27,511 bases of DNA from Paracoccaceae bacterium (lineage in GTDB: Bacteria > Pseudomonadota > Alphaproteobacteria > Rhodobacterales > Rhodobacteraceae): positions 1-27,511 of the forward strand of contig SBFT01000290.1 of NCBI GenBank assembly GCA_006227805.1, read 5' to 3'. Below are positions 1 through 8,937 of the stretch, one piece after another. The translations under genes were made by a program, and so were the position numbers. How positions within the stretch are numbered: the first letter of the stretch is position 1; every line of letters begins with the position of its first letter. A model generated the notes under the pieces. The model searched no databases. It saw only the letters and a list, made by a program, of their open reading frames with translations, and was not told the DNA's origin.

Positions 1-2011
1 AGGACCCCAGGGAAAACTCGGAAATGGCGTGATCGAAGGCGCCGCGGTGCAGACGGCCCCAGGCCCAGGTCCCGGGCGCACCGAAGCGGGCTTCGGCCTC
101 GTCCCAGGCGCGGCCCAGCGTCTCGGCCAGGAAGGCGGCGCGCGCCTCGGGCGTCTCCAGCCCGGCGCGGGCGGCGAGGCGTGGATGCGCGCCCTCCATC
201 ACCGCCGTGACGACGGGGATGTTGCCCGGCACAAGGAAGCGGCGGAGCGCTTCATCCGGCGCGATGCGCGCCAGAAGCGCGGGCCGCAGGTGCGAGGACA
301 ACCAGAGTTCATAGAGAAGCGCCGCGCCGGACCCGGCGTCGGACCGTCCGTCCCAGGCGCGCAGCATCCCGGCCCCGCGCGCCTCGTCGGGCAAGAGCGC
401 GATCAGGCGGGCGGCAAAGGGCGAGGCCGTGTCGGTCTGCAAGGCGCAGGCGCTGGCGATGTCATGGTCGTCTCGCGCGCCCAAGGCCTCGGCGATGCGG
501 GCGGCGCGCAGGTCCTCGAACCATTCATGGCCCACGGGCGTATCGGCGGGCCAATCGGGGGGCAGGTTCATCTCGTTGGCCGAGTGGACAAATCCCCGCC
601 CCGGCGCGTCGAGATGGGGCAGATCGGCGGCGGTCATGAAGCCCTGCCAGTCGAGGTCCCCATCGCCCGCCACGGGCACCAGCCCGCGCCAGCCGTTGCG
701 GCGGGGCACGAACCCCGCCGCCTGCCAGCCGAAATCGCCATCGGTATCGGCATAGACCAGGTTCACCGTCGGCGCGCCCCAGTGGGTGGCCTCGTCCCGG
801 AAGGCGGCGAAGCCCTTCGCGCGCATGGTCCGCAGGCTGGCCATGTAGGGCGCCGACCCTGCTTCGGTGAAGACGGTGCGCACCGCCAGGGCGCGCCCCG
901 CCTCCTCCCACACGACGGGGCCGTGGCGGGAAAAGCGCAAGGTAAGCGTCTGGTCCGGGTGGCCGCGCACGGCGAAAACCTCGGCCTCCTCGCGCATTTC
1001 GGCCCAGCCCGCGCCGTGGCGATAGCGCGTCGGCGCATCCGGATCGGTCGTCAGCACGAAGACATCCTCCTGGTCGGCGCAGAAGATCGTCAGGCTGAAG
1101 GCCGCGTGGCCATTGTGCCCGGCCATGACCCCGGGCGAGGACGCCTCGCCCGCGCCGATGATGTCGAGACCCGGCGCCGTCATGTGCACCATGTAGCGCA
1201 GCGACGGCGCGGCATGGGCGCGATGCGGATCGCTGGCCATGATCGGCCGCCCGCTGGCGGTGCGGCTGCCCGCGACGACCCAGTTGTTCGATCCCTCCAT
1301 CGGGACCGTGACCACCGTCTTGGCGGCGTTCACCCGCGCCCAGCGCGGCGCGTCTTCCAGCGACGCGGCCAGCCGTTCCGGCGGGAAGGTGACCGGCGCC
1401 ATGGCAAGCTCCAGAACCGAGAGCGCATGGGCGGGCAGGCCCTCTCCTGCGTTCAGCGCCCATTCGGCCGCATCGACGGGCGGGTTCAGGGGGGCGCGCA
1501 GCAGGTCGGTCTCGGGGTCGGCCAGCGCCAGGACCTGCGCCCGCGCCAGTTCCGAGGCGGCATTGCGCACCAGGCAATGGGTGCGGATGCGCACCACGTC
1601 TTCCGCCGCCCAGCGTTCGGGGCGCGTGCCCATGCGGATGAATTCCGGCGGCAGCGGCAGGCCGCCCGTCTCGACCTGGTCGATCGCGGCGTTGATGCCC
1701 TCGGCGAAGGCGGTGCAGATCGCTTCGGCGTCCTCACCATAGGCGGCCCATTCCGGGCCCATCGGCCCGCGATAGAGGAACAGTCGCGCGGCCCGGTCCT
1801 GCATCAGGTAGCCCGGCCCGAAATCCGCCGCCAGCCGCCCCAGGCCCCGCTTGCGCCAGAGGTCGATCTGCCAGAGGCGGTCGCGGGCCGCATTGAAGCC
1901 CTGGACGAAGAAGGCGTCCCGGACCGAGGCCGCGCGGATATGGGGCAGGCCCCAGCGGTCGACGCGGATGCTGGCGGGCGCGCGCAGTCCCTTCAGGTCG
2001 AAGCTGGTCAT
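1..2011 (-). CDS. Penicillin acylase family protein (peptidase S45, Ntn hydrolase), 3'-truncated by the window edge
   Basis: Manual minus-strand translation from ATG at 2011 (upstream GGGGGA SD-like) gives MTSFDLKGLRAPASIRVDRWGLPHIRAASVRDAFFVQGFNAARDRLWQIDLWRKRGLGRL, a typical alpha-subunit start. The same frame has EG/SNNWVVAGSRTASGRPIMASDPHR, with the beta-subunit nucleophile Ser at 1289-1291 (residue 241). No signal peptide. Absent from the ORF track, consistent with no stop codon inside the window. Confidence 0.93.
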   Translation of the reverse strand, partial: MTSFDLKGLRAPASIRVDRWGLPHIRAASVRDAFFVQGFNAARDRLWQIDLWRKRGLGRLAADFGPGYLMQDRAARLFLYRGPMGPEWAAYGEDAEAICTAFAEGINAAIDQVETGGLPLPPEFIRMGTRPERWAAEDVVRIRTHCLVRNAASELARAQVLALADPETDLLRAPLNPPVDAAEWALNAGEGLPAHALSVLELAMAPVTFPPERLAASLEDAPRWARVNAAKTVVTVPMEGSNNWVVAGSRTASGRPIMASDPHRAHAAPSLRYMVHMTAPGLDIIGAGEASSPGVMAGHNGHAAFSLTIFCADQEDVFVLTTDPDAPTRYRHGAGWAEMREEAEVFAVRGHPDQTLTLRFSRHGPVVWEEAGRALAVRTVFTEAGSAPYMASLRTMRAKGFAAFRDEATHWGAPTVNLVYADTDGDFGWQAAGFVPRRNGWRGLVPVAGDGDLDWQGFMTAADLPHLDAPGRGFVHSANEMNLPPDWPADTPVGHEWFEDLRAARIAEALGARDDHDIASACALQTDTASPFAARLIALLPDEARGAGMLRAWDGRSDAGSGAALLYELWLSSHLRPALLARIAPDEALRRFLVPGNIPVVTAVMEGAHPRLAARAGLETPEARAAFLAETLGRAWDEAEARFGAPGTWAWGRLHRGAFDHAISEFSLGS

Positions 2012-2099
2012 GGCGTCCCCCGTTTCGCTTAACACCTTCACCAGATTGCAGCAGTCCCGCCCCCCGGCACAAGGGCCATGCGCGGCCTCTCCGAAACCT

Positions 2100-2129
2100 T
2101 GGACAAGACGCGCGGGCCCCGCCTAGGGT
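2100..2129 (+). promoter_or_regulatory. Candidate sigma70-type promoter for the M81 peptidase gene
   Basis: TGGACA (2100-2105), 18-nt spacer, TAGGGT (2124-2129, TAnnnT), 40 nt upstream of ATG 2170. Motif match only. Confidence 0.35.
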
Positions 2130-2169
2130 GGCGAAAGCCGACTCGCATTCACTTCGAAGGACAAGGGCA

Positions 2170-3618
2170 ATGAAACTCCTGATCGCCGGACTCGCCACCG
2201 AGACCAACAGCTTTTCGCCGATCCCGACCGGGCGTCTGGCCTTCGAGGACAGTTTCGTCAGCCGCCAGGCGACGCGCGAACCCGCGAACCTGTTCTCGAC
2301 CCCCCAGCATGAATGGCGCAGGATGGCCGAGGAGCGCGGCTGGGAGGTGGTCGAAAGCCTCTCCGCCTTCGCCCAGCCCGCGGGCCCCACGATCCGCAGC
2401 ACCTACGAGGGTTATCGCGACGAGATCCTGGCCGATGTCGCCAAGGAAATGCCCGATATCCTGCTTCTGTCGATGCACGGGGCGATGATCGCCGAAGGCT
2501 ATGACGATTGCGAGGGCGACATGCTGACCCGGGCCCGCGCGATCCTGGGACCCGACCGCGTGATCGGGCTGGAGATCGACCCCCACAACCACCTGACGCA
2601 GGAGATGCTGGACGCCGCCAACCTGATCGTGTCCTACAAGGAATATCCGCATGTGGACGGGCACCTGCGCGCGCGCGAACTCTTCAACCTGGCCGCCGAC
2701 ACGGCGGCGGGCAAGATCCGGCCGGTCATGCGCGATTACGATTGCCGGATGATCGCGATGTATCACACGACCCGCGCGCCCATGCGCGGTTTCGTGGACG
2801 AGATGCAGGCCCGCGAAGGCAAGGACGGCATTCTGTCGCTGTCGCTGAGCCACGGCTTTCCCTGGGGCGATTGCGCACGCGTGGGCACAAGGATGCTGGC
2901 CATCACCGATGGCGACGCGGACAAGGCCTCTGCCGTGGCGCGCGAATTCGGGGAAAGGCTCTGGTCCCTGCGCGAGCAGATCCGCGCCGACTGGCCCGAT
3001 ATCGGGGGCGCGATCGACCGCGCCGTGGCCGCGAACGCGACGCCCGTGGTCCTGGCCGATTTCGCCGACAACGCAGGCGGTGGGGCGCCGGCGGATTCGA
3101 CCTTCGTGCTGCGGGACGTGCTGTCGCGCGGATTGAAGGACGTGGCCCTGGGCATCTTCTGGGACCCGGTGGTGGTGCGCATGTGCCAGGACGCGGGCGT
3201 GGGCGCGGTGATGCAGGTGCGCCTGGGCGGCAAGGTGGGCGAGATGTCGGGCGATCCCATCGACCTGACCGTCACCGTGCGCGGCGTGCGCGAGAACATG
3301 ACCCAGAAGATGGGCGAGGGCTCCATGCCCATGGGCACCGGCGTCTGGCTGGAGGCGGATGGCGTTCACATGGTCCTCAGCGACCGGCGCACCCAGGCCT
3401 TCCACCCGATGTGCTTTACCGATCTCGGCCTCGACCTGTCGAAGATGCGCATCGTGGTGGTCAAGTCCTCGCAGCATTTCCACGCGGGATTCGCGCCCAT
3501 CGCCTCGGAGGTCATCTACATTGCGGGGCCCGGGGCGATCACGCCGGATTATGCAAATATTCCCTATACCAAGCGCGATCCGAACTATTGGCCCAAGGTC
3601 GAGAACCCCTTTGCCTGA
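2170..3618 (+). CDS. M81 family metallopeptidase (MlrC-like)
   Basis: N-terminus MKLLIAGLATETNSFSP, plus SMHGAM, EIDPHNH, YKEYPHVD, DNAGGG and C-terminal IVVVKSSQHFHAGF, all typical of MlrC/M81. ATG 2170 is preceded by AAGGACAAGGG and is preferred over the ORF-track start at 2128. Confidence 0.92.
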   Translation: MKLLIAGLATETNSFSPIPTGRLAFEDSFVSRQATREPANLFSTPQHEWRRMAEERGWEVVESLSAFAQPAGPTIRSTYEGYRDEILADVAKEMPDILLLSMHGAMIAEGYDDCEGDMLTRARAILGPDRVIGLEIDPHNHLTQEMLDAANLIVSYKEYPHVDGHLRARELFNLAADTAAGKIRPVMRDYDCRMIAMYHTTRAPMRGFVDEMQAREGKDGILSLSLSHGFPWGDCARVGTRMLAITDGDADKASAVAREFGERLWSLREQIRADWPDIGGAIDRAVAANATPVVLADFADNAGGGAPADSTFVLRDVLSRGLKDVALGIFWDPVVVRMCQDAGVGAVMQVRLGGKVGEMSGDPIDLTVTVRGVRENMTQKMGEGSMPMGTGVWLEADGVHMVLSDRRTQAFHPMCFTDLGLDLSKMRIVVVKSSQHFHAGFAPIASEVIYIAGPGAITPDYANIPYTKRDPNYWPKVENPFA

Positions 3619-3692
3619 AGGCGATTTGGGGGCAGTAGATGCGCAAAGTTGCCCCTGGGTAAGACAATCCGGTTTCGTGAACATATGAAGAT

Positions 3693-3721
3693 TTGACACA
3701 AGACGGCTTCTTCCGAATAGT
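3693..3721 (+). promoter_or_regulatory. Candidate sigma70 promoter for the ABC transporter operon
   Basis: Perfect TTGACA (3693-3698), 17-nt spacer, AATAGT (3716-3721; 4/6 match to TATAAT), in an AT-richer intergenic region. Confidence 0.5.
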
Positions 3722-3768
3722 TGGTCCAGCGCACGCAAGCTGCGCCAAGAACAGACAGGGAGACTGAA

Positions 3769-5364
3769 ATGTTCACAACATCACGACGCAGCCTTGTGCG
3801 CGGCGCCGTGGCCGCGATGGTCATGAGCCTCGGCCTGACCTTTTCGGGCTCGGCGGCACAGGCTGAAACCGTGCTGCGGGCCGTTCCCCACTCGGACCTG
3901 AAGATCCTCGATCCGATCTGGACCACGGCCTACATCACGCGCAACCACGGTTACATGGTCTATGACACGCTTTTCGCGCTGGACGCGGATGGCAACATCC
4001 AGCCCCAGATGGTCGACACCGTCACCACGTCGGATGATGGCCTGACCATCACCATGACGCTGCGCGACGGTCTGACCTGGCACGATGGCGCGCCCGTGAC
4101 GGCCGCCGACTGCGTGGCGTCGATCCAGCGCTGGGGGTCGAAGGACGCGATGGGCCAGAAGATGATGAGCTTCGTCGACAGCCTCGAGGCGACCGACGAC
4201 AAGACCATCACCTTCAAGCTGAACGCGCCCACGGGCCTGGTCACGCTGGCGCTCGCCAAGCCCAGCTCGAACGTGCCCTTCATGATGCCCGCCCGCATCG
4301 CCGCAACCCCGTCCTCGGAACAGATCAGCGACTATACCGGATCCGGCCCCTTCGTCTTCCGTGCGGATCTGTGGGAACCGGGCACCAAGATCGTCTATGA
4401 AAAGTTCGCGGGTTATGTTCCGCGCTCGGAACCCGCATCGGGCCTCGCCGGCGGCAAGGTCGTCAAGGTCGACCGTGTGGAATGGATGCCGATCCGCGAC
4501 CAGCAACAGGCGGTCAACGCGCTGAAAGCGGGCGAGATCGACTTCATCGAAGCCCCGCCGCATGACCTTCTGCCGCTCCTGAAGGAAGACGCGAACATCA
4601 AGCTCGAGGATTTCAACCCCGCGGGCAACCAGTTCACCTTCCGCTTCAACGTGCTGCACCCGCCCTTCGACAATCCGAAGATGCGGCAGGCGCTGCTTTA
4701 CGCCTTCAACCAGGAAGACTTCGTGCAGGCCGTGGTCGGCGACGCCGAATACTACGAGATCTGCCTTGCGCTGTTCGGCTGCGGCATGCCGTTCGAATCG
4801 ACCGCGGCCATGGACGGCCTGCTGGAATCGAACTTCGAGAAGGCGCGCGAGCTGATCGCCGAGTCGGGCTACAACGGCGAGCCGATCCTGCTGATGCATT
4901 CGACCGACCTCGCGGTCCTGACGAACCTGGCGCCCGTCGCCAAGGACCTGATGGAAGCCGTGGGCCTGAACGTCGACATGCAGTCGATGGACTGGCAGAC
5001 GCTGGTGGCGCGCCGTGCGAAGAAGGAAAGCCCGGCCGAGGGCGGCTGGAACGCCTTCATCACGTCCTGGACGACGGGCGACCTCTTCAACCCGGTCGCC
5101 GCGGCCTTCCTGAACTCGAGCTGCGACACCGCGCTGTTCGGCTGGCCCTGCGATGCCCGGATCGAGGAACTGCGCGACGCCTTCGCGCGGGCGACCACGG
5201 TCGAGGCGCAGAAGCAGATCGTCGACGAAATCCAGGCCGCCTGGTTCGACTATCCGACCCATATCCACCTGGGTCAGTGGACGGGCCGTGCCGCGATGAA
5301 GCAGAACGTGTCGGGTCTGCTGCAGACCGGCGCGCCGGTGTTCTGGAACATCTCGATGAACTGA
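3769..5364 (+). CDS. Peptide/dipeptide ABC transporter substrate-binding protein (family 5, DppA/OppA-like), Tat-type signal peptide
   Basis: ATG 3769 after GGGAGA. SRRSLV twin-arginine signal ending AQA/E. Motifs LDPIWTTAYITRNHGYMVYDTLF, LRDGLTWHDGAPVTAADCVAS and GSGPF. Followed by permeases and an ATPase. Confidence 0.93.
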   Translation: MFTTSRRSLVRGAVAAMVMSLGLTFSGSAAQAETVLRAVPHSDLKILDPIWTTAYITRNHGYMVYDTLFALDADGNIQPQMVDTVTTSDDGLTITMTLRDGLTWHDGAPVTAADCVASIQRWGSKDAMGQKMMSFVDSLEATDDKTITFKLNAPTGLVTLALAKPSSNVPFMMPARIAATPSSEQISDYTGSGPFVFRADLWEPGTKIVYEKFAGYVPRSEPASGLAGGKVVKVDRVEWMPIRDQQQAVNALKAGEIDFIEAPPHDLLPLLKEDANIKLEDFNPAGNQFTFRFNVLHPPFDNPKMRQALLYAFNQEDFVQAVVGDAEYYEICLALFGCGMPFESTAAMDGLLESNFEKARELIAESGYNGEPILLMHSTDLAVLTNLAPVAKDLMEAVGLNVDMQSMDWQTLVARRAKKESPAEGGWNAFITSWTTGDLFNPVAAAFLNSSCDTALFGWPCDARIEELRDAFARATTVEAQKQIVDEIQAAWFDYPTHIHLGQWTGRAAMKQNVSGLLQTGAPVFWNISMN

Positions 5365-5382
5365 ACCTGACCGGTTCGGACG

Positions 5383-5407
5383 GCGGCGCGGGCACGACCC
5401 GCGCCGC
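5383..5407 (+). terminator. GC-rich intercistronic hairpin after the SBP gene (mRNA stabiliser or partial terminator)
   Basis: Perfect 10-bp stem GCGGCGCGGG/CCCGCGCCGC with a 5-nt loop (CACGA), followed only by ATTTCCC (weak U tract). Confidence 0.6.
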
Positions 5408-5439
5408 ATTTCCCTCCCTTCAAATCGGGTTGATCTCGC

Positions 5440-6381
5440 ATGGCCTCCTACCTTCTGCGTCGTGTACTCGCGACGATTCCGGTGATGCTGCTGGTCGCCC
5501 TGTTCATTTTTCTTCTGCTGCGCCTGACCCCGGGCGATCCCGCCACGATCATCGCGGGCGATTTCGCGAACGAACGGCAAATCGCGGAGATCCGCGAGAA
5601 CCTCGGGCTCGACAAACCCATCTTCTCCCAGTTCTTCGTCTGGTTGGGCAACATCCTCCAGGGCGATTTCGGGGAAAGCTTCTTCTACAAGAAGGAGGTC
5701 AGCGAACTGATCGCGGCGCGGCTGGAACCCACCTTGTCGCTGTCGCTGCTGACGATCGTGCTGACCGTGGCCATCGCGGTGCCGCTGGGCACGCTGGCGG
5801 CCTACAAGCAGGGCAGCTGGATCGACCGCGGCATCATGGGCTTTTCGGTCCTGGGCTTTTCGCTGCCGGTCTTCGTGATCGGCTATGCCCTGATCTATGT
5901 CTTTTCGGTCCAGCTGGGCTGGCTGCCGGTGCAGGGATACCAGCGCATCGCTGACGGTGTCGGGGGCTGGCTCTATCGCCTGATCCTGCCCGCGACCGCG
6001 CTGTCGGTCATCTTCGTCGCCTTCATCGCCCGCATGACGCGGACCAGCGTCCTGGAAGTCCTGGGCGAGGATTACGTGCGCACGGCCCGCGCCAAGGGCC
6101 AGACCGAAACGCGCGTGCTGATGCGGCACGCCCTGCGCAATGCGGCCGTGCCCATCGTCACCGTGATCGGGTTGTCCTTCGCCGTGCTGATCGGCGGCGT
6201 GGTGGTGACGGAATCGGTCTTCACCATTCCCGGTCTCGGCCTTCTGACGGTCGAGGCGGTTCTGGCCCGCGACTATCCCACGATACAGGCGGTGATCCTG
6301 CTGTTTTCCTTCATCTACGTCCTGATCAACCTGATCATCGACGTCAGTTACACCCTTCTTGACCCGAGGATCCGTTACTGA
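5440..6381 (+). CDS. Peptide ABC transporter permease (DppB/OppB-like)
   Basis: LRLTPGDPA, GLDKP, ARMTRTS...LGEDYVRTARAKG (EAA loop), ARDYPTIQA, LDPRIRY. Confidence 0.95.
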   Translation: MASYLLRRVLATIPVMLLVALFIFLLLRLTPGDPATIIAGDFANERQIAEIRENLGLDKPIFSQFFVWLGNILQGDFGESFFYKKEVSELIAARLEPTLSLSLLTIVLTVAIAVPLGTLAAYKQGSWIDRGIMGFSVLGFSLPVFVIGYALIYVFSVQLGWLPVQGYQRIADGVGGWLYRLILPATALSVIFVAFIARMTRTSVLEVLGEDYVRTARAKGQTETRVLMRHALRNAAVPIVTVIGLSFAVLIGGVVVTESVFTIPGLGLLTVEAVLARDYPTIQAVILLFSFIYVLINLIIDVSYTLLDPRIRY

Positions 6382-7283
6382 TGTCCACCGCAGCGATCTC
6401 ACCCGCCAGGCAGACGATGCGCCGCATGGCCCAGAACACATCCGTCCTGTTCGGCGGTGTTCTTGTGCTGCTGGTCGTGCTGATGGCGCTGCTGGCGCCC
6501 TATCTCGGCACGCGCGATCCGGCGGGCATCTCGCCCAAGGACCGCAACCAGCCCCCGGGATACGAGACGACGGTGCGCGACCGCGACACCGGGCAGCGCG
6601 TCAGCGTGGAATACCGGCTGGGAACCGACACGCTGGGCCGCGACGTCTACAGCCGCGTGGTCTACGGCGCCCGCATCTCGCTGATCGTGGGGGTGTCGGT
6701 CGCCGCCATCGCCATCGTCATCGGCATGGCGATCGGGGTGCTGGCGGGCTATGTGCGCTGGCTCGACGGCATCATCATGCGGGTGATGGATGGGTTGATG
6801 GCCATCCCCGCGATCCTGCTGGCCATCGCGGTCGTGTCGCTGTTCAGCGCCGGGCTTCTCAGCGTGATCATCGCGATCGTCGTGCCCGAGGTGCCACGGG
6901 TCGTGCGCCTTGTGCGCTCGATCGTGCTGTCGATCCGCGAGGAGCCTTACGTCGAGGCCGCGATCACCGCGGGCACGCGAACCCCCACCCTTCTGGTCCG
7001 CCACGTCCTGCCCAACACCATCGCGCCCCTGATCGTGCAGGGAACCTTCATCGTGGCCTCCGCCATCATCGTCGAGGCGATCCTCAGCTTCCTCGGGATC
7101 GGCATCCCGCCCGAAATTCCCACCTGGGGCAACATCATGGCCGAGGGCCGGTCGGTGTTCCAGCTGCACCCCCACAACATCCTCTATCCCGGGATCATCC
7201 TGGCCATCACGGTGCTGGCGGTGAACATGCTGGGCGACGGCCTGCGCGACACGCTCGACCCGCGCTTTGCAAAGCGCGTGTGA
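6381..7283 (+). CDS. Peptide ABC transporter permease (DppC/OppC-like)
   Basis: LGTDTLGRDVYSRVVYGARISL, EEPYVEAA, HVLPN, LSFLGIG, WGNIMAEGR, GDGLRDTLDPR. TGATG overlap with the preceding gene. Confidence 0.95.
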   Translation: MSTAAISPARQTMRRMAQNTSVLFGGVLVLLVVLMALLAPYLGTRDPAGISPKDRNQPPGYETTVRDRDTGQRVSVEYRLGTDTLGRDVYSRVVYGARISLIVGVSVAAIAIVIGMAIGVLAGYVRWLDGIIMRVMDGLMAIPAILLAIAVVSLFSAGLLSVIIAIVVPEVPRVVRLVRSIVLSIREEPYVEAAITAGTRTPTLLVRHVLPNTIAPLIVQGTFIVASAIIVEAILSFLGIGIPPEIPTWGNIMAEGRSVFQLHPHNILYPGIILAITVLAVNMLGDGLRDTLDPRFAKRV

Positions 7284-7293
7284 GGTCAGGGGC

Positions 7294-8934
7294 ATGGATC
7301 AGAAATACGTCCTCGAAGTCAGCGGCCTGACCGTCAGCCTGCCGAAGAACGCCGACCGCCCCAACGCGGTGGAAGACATCAGCTTCACCGTCGCCCCCGG
7401 CGAGATCGTCTGCGTGGTGGGCGAAAGCGGATCGGGCAAGTCGGTCACGGCATCCGCCGTGATGGGCCTTCTGCCCGACGCGCTGCGCCCCACGGGGGGC
7501 CGGACGCTGCTGGAAGGCGAAGACACGCTGAAGGCCGAGAAGAGCCGCCTGCGCGACCTGCGCGGCACCCGCATGGCGATGATCTTCCAGGAACCGATGA
7601 CGGCGCTGAACCCGGTCACGCGGGTGGGCGAACAGATCGCCGAGATGCTGGAGATTCACACCAGCATGACCGCGGCGGAACGCCGGAGCCGCGCCATCGA
7701 GACCATGGACGCCGTGCACCTGCCCGATCCCGAGAAGATGGTGGACGCCTTCCCGCATCAGCTGTCCGGCGGTCAGCGCCAGCGCATCATGATCGCGATG
7801 GCCCTCGTGCTGGACCCCGCGCTGCTGATCGCGGACGAACCGACGACGGCGCTCGATGTGACGACGCAGGCGCAGATCCTCAAGCTGATCAAGGAAATGC
7901 AGGAGCGCCGCGGCACGGGTGTGCTGTTCATCACCCATGACTTCGGCGTGGTGGCGGAAATCGCGGACCGCATCGTGGTCATGCAGCATGGCCGCATCGT
8001 CGAATACGGCGACCGCGACGACGTCCTGCGCCGGCCCAAGGCGCCCTATACCCAGATGCTGATGGCCTCGGTCCCCTCGATGACGCCGCCCGAGCGCAGC
8101 GCGAAGACCGGCGAGACCGCGGTCGAGGTCAAGGCGCTGAACAAGGTCTACGGCAAGACCGGGTGGCTGTCGAAACAGCGGATCGTCCACGCCGTCAAGG
8201 ACGTGGACCTGATGCTGCGCAAGGGAGAGACGCTGGGCATCGTGGGCGAAAGCGGATCGGGCAAGTCGACCGTCGCGCGCTGCATCGCGCGGCTGATCGA
8301 CCCGACCTCGGGCTCGATCAGCCTGCACGGCACGGAAATCGCGACGATCAGCCAGGCCCAGCTGCGCCCGCACCGCCGCAAGGTGCAGATCGTGTTCCAG
8401 GACCCCTACCGCTCGCTCAACCCGCGGCGCACCATCGGCCAGTCGCTGATCGAGGCGCCCGTGAATTTCGGGATGCCCGAAGCGCAGGCCCTGCAGATGG
8501 CGCGCGACCTGATGGAGCTGGTGGGCCTGTCCGGCGACGCGCTGGAACGCTATCCGCACCAGTTTTCCGGCGGACAGCGCCAGCGCATCTGCATCGCCCG
8601 CGCGCTGGCGGTGGAACCCGAGGTCCTGATCGCGGACGAGGCGGTCTCGGCGCTGGATGTCAGCGTGCAGGCGCAGGTCTTGAAGCTGCTCGACGACATC
8701 CGGGTGAAATACAACCTCGCGATGCTGTTCATCACCCATGACCTGCGCGTTGCCGCCCAGATCTGCGACCGGCTGATCGTCATGCAGAAGGGCGTGATCG
8801 TGGAACACGGACCCACGCGCAAGGTCTACCAGGAGCCCCAGCACCCCTATACGCGCCTGCTCCTGGATGCGGCCCCCGGGCAGGGCATGACCTTCGGAGC
8901 CGAGATCGCACCCGCCGCAGCCCAAGGAAACTGA
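7294..8934 (+). CDS. Peptide ABC transporter ATP-binding protein with two fused NBDs (DppD/F-like)
   Basis: Two Walker A motifs (GESGSGKS), two signatures (LSGGQRQR, FSGGQRQR), two Walker B motifs (IADE) and two H-loops (ITHD). ATG 7294 preferred over 7267. Confidence 0.95.
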   Translation: MDQKYVLEVSGLTVSLPKNADRPNAVEDISFTVAPGEIVCVVGESGSGKSVTASAVMGLLPDALRPTGGRTLLEGEDTLKAEKSRLRDLRGTRMAMIFQEPMTALNPVTRVGEQIAEMLEIHTSMTAAERRSRAIETMDAVHLPDPEKMVDAFPHQLSGGQRQRIMIAMALVLDPALLIADEPTTALDVTTQAQILKLIKEMQERRGTGVLFITHDFGVVAEIADRIVVMQHGRIVEYGDRDDVLRRPKAPYTQMLMASVPSMTPPERSAKTGETAVEVKALNKVYGKTGWLSKQRIVHAVKDVDLMLRKGETLGIVGESGSGKSTVARCIARLIDPTSGSISLHGTEIATISQAQLRPHRRKVQIVFQDPYRSLNPRRTIGQSLIEAPVNFGMPEAQALQMARDLMELVGLSGDALERYPHQFSGGQRQRICIARALAVEPEVLIADEAVSALDVSVQAQVLKLLDDIRVKYNLAMLFITHDLRVAAQICDRLIVMQKGVIVEHGPTRKVYQEPQHPYTRLLLDAAPGQGMTFGAEIAPAAAQGN

Positions 8935-8937
8935 GCC

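Noticed and set aside
29-2032. 667-aa plus-strand ORF, and minus-strand ORFs 525-1577 and 1486-1740
   Set aside because: These are shadow ORFs of the acylase, which lies in another minus-strand frame with clear family motifs. Their translations are low-complexity Arg/Gly/Ala/Pro with no motifs.
2170-3618. Microcystin-degradation (mlr) cluster
   Set aside because: Only an MlrC-family gene is present. There is no mlrA-, mlrB- or mlrD-like gene in the window, and M81 peptidases are widespread outside microcystin degraders.
2103-3705. ACAAGACG shared next to both candidate -35 elements (2103-2110 and 3698-3705)
   Set aside because: A single non-palindromic 8-mer shared between two ~150-nt regions is not unlikely by chance.
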